A stretch of 32,000 nucleotides of DNA, from positions 60,001-92,000 of the forward strand of contig CP064964.1 in assembly GCA_016699205.1 (NCBI GenBank), read 5' to 3'. Shown piece after piece: positions 22,203 through 30,267 of the stretch; positions within the stretch are counted from its first letter, which is position 1, and each line of letters opens with the position of its first letter. The notes under the pieces were generated by a model. It was not told the DNA's origin, searched no databases, and saw only the letters and a list, made by a program, of their open reading frames with translations. The stretch comes from Candidatus Saccharimonadota bacterium (GTDB lineage: Bacteria > Patescibacteriota > Patescibacteriia > 2-12-FULL-60-25). The position numbers and the translations under genes were made by a program.

Positions 22203-23588
22203 ATGCAAAGGACGATGATTCTGGACACGGTTTCCAAGGTTGGCGAGGAGGTCTGGCTCAAAGGCTGGGTACACACCCGACGCGACATGGGAAAGCTGGC
22301 GTTTATCGATATGCGCGACCGTAGCGGTCTTGCGCAGGTTGTTTTTGTGCCAGCTGAGCTCGATGACGCTTCAAAAGAACTGATGAAGCAGCTGCGACCG
22401 GAGTTTTGTATTGCGGTGCGCGGTATCGTGAACAAGCGCGGTGCAAAGCAGGTGAATGAAACCCTTCCAACAGGATCGGTTGAAGTGCTTGCAAAAGAGC
22501 TCGTCATTTTGAATGAAGCCAAAACGCCGCCATTTGAACTTGAAGACACGTCTAATATCAACGAGGAACTGCGATTGAAATATCGCTATCTTGATCTTCG
22601 CAGTCCGCGCATGCGTAATAATTTGATTTTGCGCGACAATGTCATTCGATTCTTCCGTGAGTTTCTTCACAAGGAAGGATTCTTGGAAATTGAAACGCCG
22701 ATTTTGACCAAGGGTACGCCGGAGGGTTCGCGTGAATATCTTGTTCCATCACGTCTGCACGGCGGAGAGTTTTATGTGCTTCCGCAGTCGCCACAGCAGT
22801 TCAAACAATTATCAATGGTGGGTGGACTTGAGCGTTATTTCCAGATCGCGCGCTGCTTCCGCGATGAAGACCAGCGCGGAGATCGTCAGCCGGAGTTTAC
22901 GCAACTCGATCTTGAGATGTCGTTTGTGAATCAGGAGGACGTACTCGCTTTGAATGAGCGCATGTTTATCGAGATGGTAAAGGCGGTTGCGCCGGAGAAA
23001 CATATTACGCAGACGCCATTCCCGCGTATTACGTATGCCGAGTCGATGGAGAAGTACGGAAACGACAAGCCGGATCTTCGTAAAGACAAGAATGATCCGA
23101 ATGAATTAGCATTCTGCTGGGTTGTTGATTTCCCGATGTTTGAAAAGTCTGATGATGGTATTCAGGCGGCGCATCATCCGTTCTGTATGCCAAATCCGGA
23201 AGATTTGCATCTTTTGGAATCCGATCCGCTTAAAGTCCGTGCTGCATCGTATGACTTGGTGTTGAATGGCTATGAGTTGTCGAGCGGGTCGATCCGTATC
23301 CATCAGCGCGAGCTTCAGAATAAGATTTTTGAAATGCTCGGTTTGCCGAAAGAATTGATCCAGGCTCGATTTGGTCACATGTTGGAAGCCTTTGAGTATG
23401 GAGCTCCGCCGCATGGAGGAATGGCTCCGGGCATTGATCGTGTTGTGATGATTTTGGCAAATGAGCCGAATATTCGAGAAGTGATTGCTTATCCAAAAAC
23501 AGGTGACGCACGAGACCTGATGATGGGCGCGCCGAGTGAAATCGAAGAGAAACGTTTGGATGAAGCGCATATCAAAATCAAGAAGTAA
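22203..23588 (+). CDS. aspS: Aspartate--tRNA ligase, bacterial type but lacking the GAD insertion domain (461 aa)
   Basis: Has motif 2 CFRDEDQRGDRQPEFTQLDLEMSF, then HHPF and GYELSSGSIRIH, and motif 3 GAPPHGGMAPGIDR. DKPDLR is followed after about 12 aa by WVVDFPMFE. Confidence 0.9.
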   Translation: MQRTMILDTVSKVGEEVWLKGWVHTRRDMGKLAFIDMRDRSGLAQVVFVPAELDDASKELMKQLRPEFCIAVRGIVNKRGAKQVNETLPTGSVEVLAKELVILNEAKTPPFELEDTSNINEELRLKYRYLDLRSPRMRNNLILRDNVIRFFREFLHKEGFLEIETPILTKGTPEGSREYLVPSRLHGGEFYVLPQSPQQFKQLSMVGGLERYFQIARCFRDEDQRGDRQPEFTQLDLEMSFVNQEDVLALNERMFIEMVKAVAPEKHITQTPFPRITYAESMEKYGNDKPDLRKDKNDPNELAFCWVVDFPMFEKSDDGIQAAHHPFCMPNPEDLHLLESDPLKVRAASYDLVLNGYELSSGSIRIHQRELQNKIFEMLGLPKELIQARFGHMLEAFEYGAPPHGGMAPGIDRVVMILANEPNIREVIAYPKTGDARDLMMGAPSEIEEKRLDEAHIKIKK

Positions 23589-23590
23589 TC

Positions 23591-24307
23591 ATGGCTTACG
23601 AAGTCCGCATCGAGAAATTTGAAGGTCCATTGGACCTGCTCTTGCAGCTTGTCGAGAAGCAGGAGATGGAGATTACGAATATTTCTCTTGTTGCGGTTAC
23701 GGAGCCATTTGTTCAACACATTCGCGAGCATCAAGGAAAAATTGCGCCAGAAGATCTGGCGGATTTTTTGGTTGTTGCGGCAAAGCTCGTTTATTTGAAA
23801 TCAAAAGCGTTGCTTCCTGATCTTTCGGAGGATTTGGACGAGGGTCCTGATTTGGAAACACAGCTACGCATGTATAAAGCGTTTGCAGAAGCAGCCAAGC
23901 AGATTGGAGAAATTTGGAATCAAGGACGTGAGGCTTATGCGAGGACACAGCGTGTCGTAAAGCAGACGGAGCCGATTTTCTCGCCACCACAAGGCGTGAC
24001 GCCAGCTTTGCTTAAAGAATTGTATGAACGAGCGGCAAAGCGCTTGGAGCCGATTTTGAATCTTCCAAAGGCGGCTATCGAGCGCGCGATTACGATTGAG
24101 GAAAAGATCGAGCATTTACGCGCGCGCGTTTCATCGATGATGCAGGTTTCGTTCCACCGATTTTTAGCCGACTCGCACGATAAGAGCGAGATGGTTGTGG
24201 GTTTTTTGGCCTTGCTAGAACTTATCAAACAGCGCATTGTACGTATCGAACAAGGTGCTTTGTTTGAGGATATTCGACTACACAGAATCGAGACGCCAAA
24301 TGTATGA
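23591..24307 (+). CDS. scpA: Segregation and condensation protein A (kleisin)
   Basis: Has FEGPLDLLLQLVEKQEMEITNISLVAVTEPF and a C-terminal winged-helix region (VVGFLALLELIKQRIV). Confidence 0.85.
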   Translation: MAYEVRIEKFEGPLDLLLQLVEKQEMEITNISLVAVTEPFVQHIREHQGKIAPEDLADFLVVAAKLVYLKSKALLPDLSEDLDEGPDLETQLRMYKAFAEAAKQIGEIWNQGREAYARTQRVVKQTEPIFSPPQGVTPALLKELYERAAKRLEPILNLPKAAIERAITIEEKIEHLRARVSSMMQVSFHRFLADSHDKSEMVVGFLALLELIKQRIVRIEQGALFEDIRLHRIETPNV

Positions 24308-24882
24308 ACGACCTTTCTGCTATTATCGAAGCTTTGCTTTTTGCCTCGGCCCAGCCGATGAACGCCAAACGTTTGGCGGATATTACGAAATCAGGAAAGG
24401 AAGATGTGAAGCGCGCTTTTGGTGATCTCGCTGGAAGACTTGAGACAAGCGGATCCGGAATCATGCTCGTGGTTCATGGAGAAGAAGCCGAGTTGGTGAC
24501 GCGTCCAGAGATGTCGGAAGTTGTACGAGGTGTTTTGAAAGCAGAGACACAGGGTGAGCTCTCTCGTCCTTCCATGGAGGCTTTGGCGATTCTTGCGTAT
24601 CGCGGACCGATGACACGTCCGGAGTTGGAGCAGATACGCGGCGTTCAATCGGCCTTGATTTTACGTAATTTGATGTTGCGCGGCTTGGTGGAGATGAAAG
24701 AAGAAATGAAGATCGGGCAGCCGATGTATGCGGTTACGCTCGACTTTTATAAGCATCTCGGCATGGGTAAGGCGGATGAGCTGCCGGATTATGAGGCACT
24801 ACGCGGTCACTCGGCCGTGACACAAGCCTTGGAAGAATTGGAGCCGGCTGAACCTAAGGATGTAAGCGACCAAACGGTTTAG
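24304..24882 (+). CDS. scpB: Segregation and condensation protein B
   Basis: Has IEALLFASAQPM..., LSRPSMEALAILAYRGPMTRPELEQIRGV. Its start overlaps the scpA stop (ATGA). Confidence 0.85.
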   Translation: MNDLSAIIEALLFASAQPMNAKRLADITKSGKEDVKRAFGDLAGRLETSGSGIMLVVHGEEAELVTRPEMSEVVRGVLKAETQGELSRPSMEALAILAYRGPMTRPELEQIRGVQSALILRNLMLRGLVEMKEEMKIGQPMYAVTLDFYKHLGMGKADELPDYEALRGHSAVTQALEELEPAEPKDVSDQTV

Positions 24883-24885
24883 TCT

Positions 24886-25824
24886 ATGAATGCGGAAGCG
24901 ATGATCATTTTGGTTGGCAGCCTGGCTCTACAGGCTGCGCGTCAGGCGCCGACAGGCGGCCTGAATGGTCTTCCGGTTGCAAAATATGTTGCGGTGACGA
25001 GCGAAGCACCTACCAAGAAGAATCAAGCGACACTTGGTATCGATGTTGATGCCCGGGCGGCTGTTGTGATGGATGTGGCGAGCGGACAGGTTCTGTACGA
25101 GAAAGATTCGCATGTTGCTGTGCCGATTGCGAGTTTATCGAAAATTATTACGGCGATGGTGTTTTTGGATGGTAAACCAAATTTGGATGATCGTGTGACG
25201 TTTACCGCTCAAGATGATGCGAGCGCAGGTAAAACCGTTTTTCCAACTGGTGAGAGTTTTACCAAGCGGGAAGTGCTCCAGTCGCTTTTAATCGGGTCCG
25301 TGAATGAATCGGCGAATGTTTTGGCGAGAAATAGCGGAGGACAGGAGGAATTTGTTGCCGCGATGAATCGTAAGGCAAGGGCGATTGGCATGGAGCATGC
25401 GGTGTTTTTTGATCCATCAGGACTCGATGCACGCAATAAAGCGAGCGCGAAAGATGTGGCTTTGGCGCTACGAGCTGCTTTGAGCTATCCGGATTTGAGA
25501 CAGACAACAGAACAGTCGAGCGTGAACTTGGTAGGACGGGCTACGAATCGAAAGTACTTGATCAAGACAACCAATTTGCTTTTGGCTTCGGACTTGAATC
25601 GTAAACCGTATCATATCGTCGCCGCAAAGACGGGAACGTTACCTGAGGCTGGATTCTGTATGGCTCAAGCAACGCGCGATGCGGTGGGCCATGAGGTGAT
25701 CGCTGTCGTTTTGGGAGGCGGAACGCACTTTACGCGTTTTCAGGATGTAAAGGCGCTTTCGTATTGGAGCTTCCAGAATTTTGAATGGAATGGCAGGCAA
25801 GCCCGGTTGAATCGAGAGAATTAA
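24886..25824 (+). CDS. D-alanyl-D-alanine carboxypeptidase (S11, PBP5/6-like)
   Basis: Has SxxK (ASLSKIITA), SxN (GSVNESAN) and KTG (AAKTGTL) in the correct order and spacing. Confidence 0.8.
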   Translation: MNAEAMIILVGSLALQAARQAPTGGLNGLPVAKYVAVTSEAPTKKNQATLGIDVDARAAVVMDVASGQVLYEKDSHVAVPIASLSKIITAMVFLDGKPNLDDRVTFTAQDDASAGKTVFPTGESFTKREVLQSLLIGSVNESANVLARNSGGQEEFVAAMNRKARAIGMEHAVFFDPSGLDARNKASAKDVALALRAALSYPDLRQTTEQSSVNLVGRATNRKYLIKTTNLLLASDLNRKPYHIVAAKTGTLPEAGFCMAQATRDAVGHEVIAVVLGGGTHFTRFQDVKALSYWSFQNFEWNGRQARLNREN

Positions 25825-25825
25825 C

Positions 25826-26803
25826 ATGAAGCGTCTTGGTGTTGATTCGCGCGGAGTCGATACGGGTCTTGGAGCTGGGATTGCGCATGCGACTCGAGAA
25901 TTGATTGAAGAATTAGAGAAGCGTGCTAGCGAATACGGAATCGCTCTGTTTGTTTATCGCGAGAGAATGGGTGGGCGAGATTTGGCAAAGAAGATGAAGG
26001 AGGATGGAGTCGATCATGTATTGGTTCCGAGCGGCGCGGTATCGCCTTTTGTAAGTGGTGCGATTTTTCCTTGGGTGCATGATCTTGCGATCTTTGACCA
26101 TCCGGAATGGTTTCCGCAATCTTTCTTCAAACGATTCGTGACGACGAGACTTTTTTTGTATGGACTGAAAAGAGCCAGACATATTTTTTCAGTTAGCGAG
26201 GATACGAAAAAAGCCATAATCAATAAGACTGGGATCGAGGTAATGAATATCACTGTTACTTATCAGGGTATTAAACAAGGTGAATTTTTAGGCAAAGAGA
26301 TGTATCAACGAGAACCGTATGCGTTGATTTTGGGAACCGTAGAACCAAGGAAGAATATTTCTTTTGTGACTGACTTATGGGACGAGGTGAGATCGGTTAT
26401 TCCTGAGGCGCGTTTGGTTGTTGCAGGGAGAAGGGGTTGGGGAAATGTCCGATTAGGGAAGGCGGAGGTTGTCGATGTATTTGACGACGCAAGACGAGAC
26501 GAACTTTTAAAAAACGCTTCGATGTTACTTTTACCTTCATTTCATGAGGGTTTTGGTCGTACAGCTTTGGAGGCGATGGCGCTGGGTATTCCGGTGATCG
26601 CGAGCAGGCGGGGCGCGATACCGGAAGTTGTGGGAGATGCTGGGGTATTGCTCGAACCAAGTGACAAGGCGAGCTGGATAGAGGCGATTGTCGAAGGGTT
26701 TCAGGGTCGGATTGATGGAGAGAGAGGGAAGATGCAGGCTGAGCGGTTTTCTTGGGAAAAGACGGCCAGGATCATGCTTGCCAAAATCGTTGAGTGTTGG
26801 TAG
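25826..26803 (+). CDS. Glycosyltransferase family 4 (GT-B, RfaB-like)
   Basis: The C-terminal domain has LLLPSFHEGFGRTALEAMALGIPVIASRRGAIPEVVGDAG (E-x7-E motif). Confidence 0.8.
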   Translation: MKRLGVDSRGVDTGLGAGIAHATRELIEELEKRASEYGIALFVYRERMGGRDLAKKMKEDGVDHVLVPSGAVSPFVSGAIFPWVHDLAIFDHPEWFPQSFFKRFVTTRLFLYGLKRARHIFSVSEDTKKAIINKTGIEVMNITVTYQGIKQGEFLGKEMYQREPYALILGTVEPRKNISFVTDLWDEVRSVIPEARLVVAGRRGWGNVRLGKAEVVDVFDDARRDELLKNASMLLLPSFHEGFGRTALEAMALGIPVIASRRGAIPEVVGDAGVLLEPSDKASWIEAIVEGFQGRIDGERGKMQAERFSWEKTARIMLAKIVECW

Positions 26804-26824
26804 TCTTTTCGAGCTTTTACATGA

Positions 26825-26901
26825 GGCGGGGTAGCTCAGTTGGTTAGAGCGTGGGACTCATAAGCCCGAGGTCGGCGGTTCAACTCCGCCCCCCGCTACC
26901 A
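26825..26901 (+). tRNA. tRNA with anticodon CAT, elongator Met (or lysidine-modified Ile2), CCA encoded
   Basis: 77-nt cloverleaf. The acceptor is GGCGGGG/CCCCGCT, the D arm GTAGCTCAGTTGGTTAGAGC, the anticodon loop CTCATAA and the T arm GGCGG-TTCAACT-CCGCC. G1 pairs with T72 (G-U wobble), so it is not the initiator type. Confidence 0.85.
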
Positions 26902-26904
26902 TAC

Positions 26905-26932
26905 AAAAATCGCGCTATTAAGCGCGATTTTT
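26905..26932. terminator. Hairpin terminator after tRNA-Met
   Basis: AAAAATCGCGCT (26905-26916) pairs with AGCGCGATTTTT (26921-26932), with loop atta. Confidence 0.6.
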
Positions 26933-26949
26933 GCTTTTAAGGCGATTTA

Positions 26950-26958
26950 TGCTAGAAT
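26950..26958 (+). promoter_or_regulatory. Extended -10 box TGcTAGAAT, 15 nt upstream of ATG 26974
   Basis: Third copy of the identical 9-mer. Confidence 0.4.
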
Positions 26959-26973
26959 TCTCGAGAATCAGTT

Positions 26974-27438
26974 ATGTTCATCACGACCCACGCGGTCTTG
27001 GGGGCTTTGATCGCCCAACAGGTTCCAGAAAATGCATTTGCTGCTTTTGTACTAGGCATGGCATCGCATTTTATTAGCGATATCATCCCGCATGGGGATA
27101 CGAACCTTTATAAGGATTACGTCTCTGGACGAAGGGTAAAATCATCCATTGCTTACGTGACGATTGATGGAATTCTTACAACATTGTTCGTTTTGTTTAT
27201 TTTTAATCTTGGTTTGGGCGATGCAAAGCTCGCTATTACAATGGGAATTATTGGTGGAGTCTTGCCAGATCTTTTAGTAGGGGTTTACGAGGTTTTCCGT
27301 GTACCTGGCTTTAAGTGGTTTCATCGATTGCATTTCTTTTTTCACAACATGGTTAGCGAGCAGCATGACATGACATTTGCCTCCGGATTCGCGATGCAAG
27401 TCCTCTTCCTGGCGGGACTTCTTTCCCTCATTGTGTAA
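26974..27438 (+). CDS. Integral membrane protein, possibly YdjM/DUF457-like metal-dependent hydrolase
   Basis: 154 aa with about 4 TM segments. The His/Asp motifs THAVLG, SHFISDIIPHGD, LPDLL and FHRLHFFFH resemble membrane-bound metal-dependent hydrolases. The assignment is weak. Confidence 0.4.
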   Translation: MFITTHAVLGALIAQQVPENAFAAFVLGMASHFISDIIPHGDTNLYKDYVSGRRVKSSIAYVTIDGILTTLFVLFIFNLGLGDAKLAITMGIIGGVLPDLLVGVYEVFRVPGFKWFHRLHFFFHNMVSEQHDMTFASGFAMQVLFLAGLLSLIV

Positions 27439-27441
27439 CGA

Positions 27442-27467
27442 AAAAACAGCCCGTAAAGGCTGTTTTT
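27442..27467. terminator. Bidirectional hairpin terminator
   Basis: AAAAACAGCC (27442-27451) pairs with GGCTGTTTTT (27458-27467). It lies between the stop at 27438 and the 3' end of tRNA-Leu. Confidence 0.6.
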
Positions 27468-27470
27468 CCT

Positions 27471-27557
27471 TGGTGCCGCGGGAGAGAATCGAACTCTCAT
27501 GACCTTGCGATCGCGGGATTTTGAGTCCCGTGCGTCTACCAATTCCGCCACCGCGGC
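27471..27557 (-). tRNA. tRNA-Leu (anticodon CAA), long variable arm, CCA encoded
   Basis: The reverse complement reads GCCGCGGTGGCGGAATTGGTAGACGCACGGGACTCAAAATCCCG... with T arm GAGAG-TTCGATT-CTCTC and acceptor CCGCGGC-A-CCA. Confidence 0.9.
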
Positions 27558-27570
27558 TGACGCGGCGGAT

Positions 27571-27599
27571 AATGTATCCGATGCTTGACAGACGCGCAA
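27571..27599 (-). promoter_or_regulatory. Putative promoter for tRNA-Leu (-35 TTGCGC, 17-nt spacer, -10 TACATT)
   Basis: On the minus strand, TTGCGC is at 27599-27594 and TACATT at 27576-27571. It interdigitates with the tRNA-fMet promoter. Confidence 0.4.
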
Positions 27600-27613
27600 G
27601 TTGGACGTATAGT
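27585..27613 (+). promoter_or_regulatory. Sigma70-type promoter for initiator tRNA (-35 TTGACA, 17-nt spacer, -10 TATAGT)
   Basis: TTGACA is at 27585-27590 and TATAGT at 27608-27613. The mature tRNA 5' end is at 27632. Confidence 0.55.
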
Positions 27614-27631
27614 CCGGCCACAGAGATTTGT

Positions 27632-27708
27632 CGCGGGGTAGAGCAGCCCGGCAGCTCGCATGGCTCATAACCATGAGGTCGTGGGTTCAAATCCCACCCC
27701 CGCAACCA
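27632..27708 (+). tRNA. Initiator tRNA-fMet (anticodon CAT), CCA encoded
   Basis: Reads CGCGGGG...CCCCGCA-A-CCA with the C1-A72 mismatch and A11:T24 in the D stem. The loop is CTCATAA and the T arm GTGGG-TTCAAAT-CCCAC. The sequence is very close to the bacterial tRNA-fMet pattern. Confidence 0.9.
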
Positions 27709-27713
27709 AGTGC

Positions 27714-27738
27714 ATCCCGCCCCAAAAGGGCGGGATTT
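27714..27738 (+). terminator. Hairpin after tRNA-fMet (weak T tail)
   Basis: ATCCCGCCC (27714-27722) pairs with GGGCGGGAT (27728-27736), with loop caaaa. Confidence 0.4.
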
Positions 27739-27746
27739 GCTATACT
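27738..27746 (+). promoter_or_regulatory. Extended -10 box TGcTATACT, 7 nt upstream of GTG 27754
   Basis: Read directly from the sequence. Confidence 0.4.
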
Positions 27747-27753
27747 GGTCATT

Positions 27754-29463
27754 GTGAATTTGTTCCTTGAGGTTGCCTTGCTGCTTTCATTGACGACGGT
27801 TGTTTCGCTTGTGCTCCATAAGCTTAAACAACCGCTGATTTTAGCGTACCTATTTAGCGGTATTCTTGCCGGACCACAGGTTTTTGGATTGATTCATTCA
27901 GAGGAAACGCTTTCGTTTTTATCCAAACTTGGAATCACGGCACTTTTGTTTATCGTTGGCCTAAGCTTATCGCCAAAAGTTGTGCGTGAGGTTGGAGGCG
28001 TTTCCTTTTTAGCGGGAAGCGGTCAGGTTATTTTGACAGCCGCTTTTGGTTTTGTGATTGCGTTTTTATTTGGATATAGCTGGATCAATGCGCTGTATAT
28101 CAGTTTGGCGCTGACGTTTAGTAGCACGATTGTCGCTTTAAAATTTCTTCAGGATCGTCGGGAGTTGGGGACGATTTATGGAAAAATCTCTATCGGAATT
28201 TTGTTGGTTCAAGATGTTACAGCGACGTGTGCTCTCGTTGTTGTTACGGCGCTTAGTGCTGGTGCATCGGATTGGCAATCGTTTGCCATTGTCTTTTTGA
28301 AAGCGATATTACTTGGCCTCGGGGTAACGGCTGTTTCAAAATTAATCTTGCCGTCTCTCACGAAAGTTTTTGCGTCTTCGCAAGAGTTTTTGCTTCTTTT
28401 CTCAATCGCTTGGGGAACGGGCGTGGCAGCCCTTTTTCAATACACGGGATTCTCGATTGAAATCGGCGCGCTGGCTGCAGGCGTTGCCTTGTCAACCAGT
28501 GCCTATCATTTTGAGATTTCATCGAAAATGAAAGTATTGCGCGACTTTTTGGTAGCCATCTTTTTTATCGTACTTGGATCGGAGCTTCATTTTGGATCAA
28601 TAGAGGCGTTGATTCTTCCTGCCATTATCCTTTCTCTTTTTGTCTTGATCGGCAAGCCGATTATTCTGATGAGTTTGATGGGAACGATCGGGTATGGTCG
28701 CAATGTCTCGTTTCGAACCGGTTTAACCATGGCGCAGATTAGTGAATTTTCGCTTGTGCTTATGGCTTTGGCGTATTCGCTCGGGCATGTTGGTGATGAG
28801 GTTGTTTTGCTCGTAACGATCATCGCCATGGCGACATTTGCTTTTTCAAGCTACATGTTGGCCGCTTCAGATTGGTTAACGGACAAGCTTTGGAATCGAT
28901 TGGCATTTTTTGAGCGCCGTAAGCCCATCTTAGATAAGAAAAAGCTGGAACGTGTTGATGCGCTTTTGTTTGGATGTCATCGATTAGGGCATGATTTTTT
29001 ACCGTTGTTAAAAGCTTCCTATAAAAAATATTTGGTTGTTGATTTTGATCCGGCGACGATTGAAGAATTAAAACGTCGTAAGATTCCCGCTGTCTACGGA
29101 GATGCTGATGACAATGAGTTTCTTGATGAGATCGATCTGTCCAAAGTGAAGCTCCTTATCTCGACACTGCCTGATGTTGAAACGAATCTCTTTTTGTTAA
29201 ATAAGGTCAGAAAGCATCAAGAAGAGATGATTACCATCATGATGGCTCATTCTGCTGAGGAAGCGATTTTGCTTTACAACAATTCAGCGGATTATGTCAT
29301 TCTGCCTCATTTCCTGGGCGGTAGTTATGCGACGTTGCTCTTGGATAAATATGGTTTAGATCCTGCTCAATTTGCCGAGGAGCGTGAGAAGCATCTCAAG
29401 CATTTGAAGGCCAGAATAGGGATGATGGATGGACGCTTGCCAGCTAGGATAACCGGAGCGTAA
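27754..29463 (+). CDS. Monovalent cation:proton antiporter-2 (CPA2, Kef-type) with C-terminal RCK/TrkA-N domain
   Basis: Polytopic Na+/H+-exchanger-like region (ILAGPQVFGL, LLFIVGLSLSP), followed by a Rossmann-like LLFGCHRLGHDF...VVDFD...YGDADD. The ORF-track start at 27628 overlaps tRNA-fMet and is rejected. Confidence 0.8.
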   Translation: MNLFLEVALLLSLTTVVSLVLHKLKQPLILAYLFSGILAGPQVFGLIHSEETLSFLSKLGITALLFIVGLSLSPKVVREVGGVSFLAGSGQVILTAAFGFVIAFLFGYSWINALYISLALTFSSTIVALKFLQDRRELGTIYGKISIGILLVQDVTATCALVVVTALSAGASDWQSFAIVFLKAILLGLGVTAVSKLILPSLTKVFASSQEFLLLFSIAWGTGVAALFQYTGFSIEIGALAAGVALSTSAYHFEISSKMKVLRDFLVAIFFIVLGSELHFGSIEALILPAIILSLFVLIGKPIILMSLMGTIGYGRNVSFRTGLTMAQISEFSLVLMALAYSLGHVGDEVVLLVTIIAMATFAFSSYMLAASDWLTDKLWNRLAFFERRKPILDKKKLERVDALLFGCHRLGHDFLPLLKASYKKYLVVDFDPATIEELKRRKIPAVYGDADDNEFLDEIDLSKVKLLISTLPDVETNLFLLNKVRKHQEEMITIMMAHSAEEAILLYNNSADYVILPHFLGGSYATLLLDKYGLDPAQFAEEREKHLKHLKARIGMMDGRLPARITGA

Positions 29464-29478
29464 GATAAGCCCGTTCTT

Positions 29479-30267
29479 ATGGCTCGGATTATTTCTATCG
29501 TCAACCAAAAAGGAGGGGTTGGAAAGACGACGACGGCCATCAATTTGGGCGCTTATCTTGCTGACCAAGGAAAGTTTGTTTTGATTGTGGACCTCGATCC
29601 GCAGGCTAATGCAACTTCCGGAATCGGTATCGACCATCGCGGTCTGGAGAAGGGCGTGTACGAGGCGATTCTTGGACAAGTGAAAATTCGCGATATCGTC
29701 CAGCCGACGGCGCATGTTGGATTGCACGTTGCGCCTGCGACGACGGCTTTGGCTGGTTTGAACGTTGAGCTCGTCGGAATGGAGAACCGCGAGTTCATGC
29801 TTCGCCATGCCATGCTCGAGATCCGCAACGATTACGATTTTATTTTAATCGACTGTCCGCCGACGCTTGGTCTTATTACATTGAACGGTATCGTTGCCGG
29901 CGATGAAATCCTGATTCCGGTGCAAGCAGAGTATTATGCGCTTGAAGGTTTGGGACAGCTGCTTGAGACCGTGCAGCTTGTGAAGCAGAATATTCGTCCG
30001 GATATCGACGTCCTTGGCGCAGTCATCACCATGTACGACCCGCGCACCAAATTGTCGGACGATGTTTTGCACGAGTTGTACAAATATTTTCCAAACAATA
30101 TTTTCCGTTCTGTTATTCCTCGTAATGTCCGCTTGGCTGAAGCTCCGAGCTTTGGCCGTACCATTGTTCATTTTGATGCCGCTTCCAAGGGAGCGAAGGC
30201 CTATGAACGTCTCGCGCAAGAGATTATCGAGCGCGAGGCGATTGGGCTCGAAATTCCAACCGTATGA
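29479..30267 (+). CDS. parA: Chromosome partitioning ATPase ParA/Soj
   Basis: Has the deviant Walker A NQKGGVGKTTTAINLG, then VDLDPQANAT and ILIDCPP. Confidence 0.9.
   Translation: MARIISIVNQKGGVGKTTTAINLGAYLADQGKFVLIVDLDPQANATSGIGIDHRGLEKGVYEAILGQVKIRDIVQPTAHVGLHVAPATTALAGLNVELVGMENREFMLRHAMLEIRNDYDFILIDCPPTLGLITLNGIVAGDEILIPVQAEYYALEGLGQLLETVQLVKQNIRPDIDVLGAVITMYDPRTKLSDDVLHELYKYFPNNIFRSVIPRNVRLAEAPSFGRTIVHFDAASKGAKAYERLAQEIIEREAIGLEIPTV

Noticed and set aside
27274-27753. ORFs overlapping the tRNA genes: minus-strand 27274-27705 and 27342-27674, and the N-terminal extension 27628-27753 of the antiporter ORF
   Set aside because: They are translations of tRNA-Leu and tRNA-fMet sequence and their promoters or terminators. 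The antiporter most likely starts at GTG 27754, after the tRNA terminator and a -10 box.
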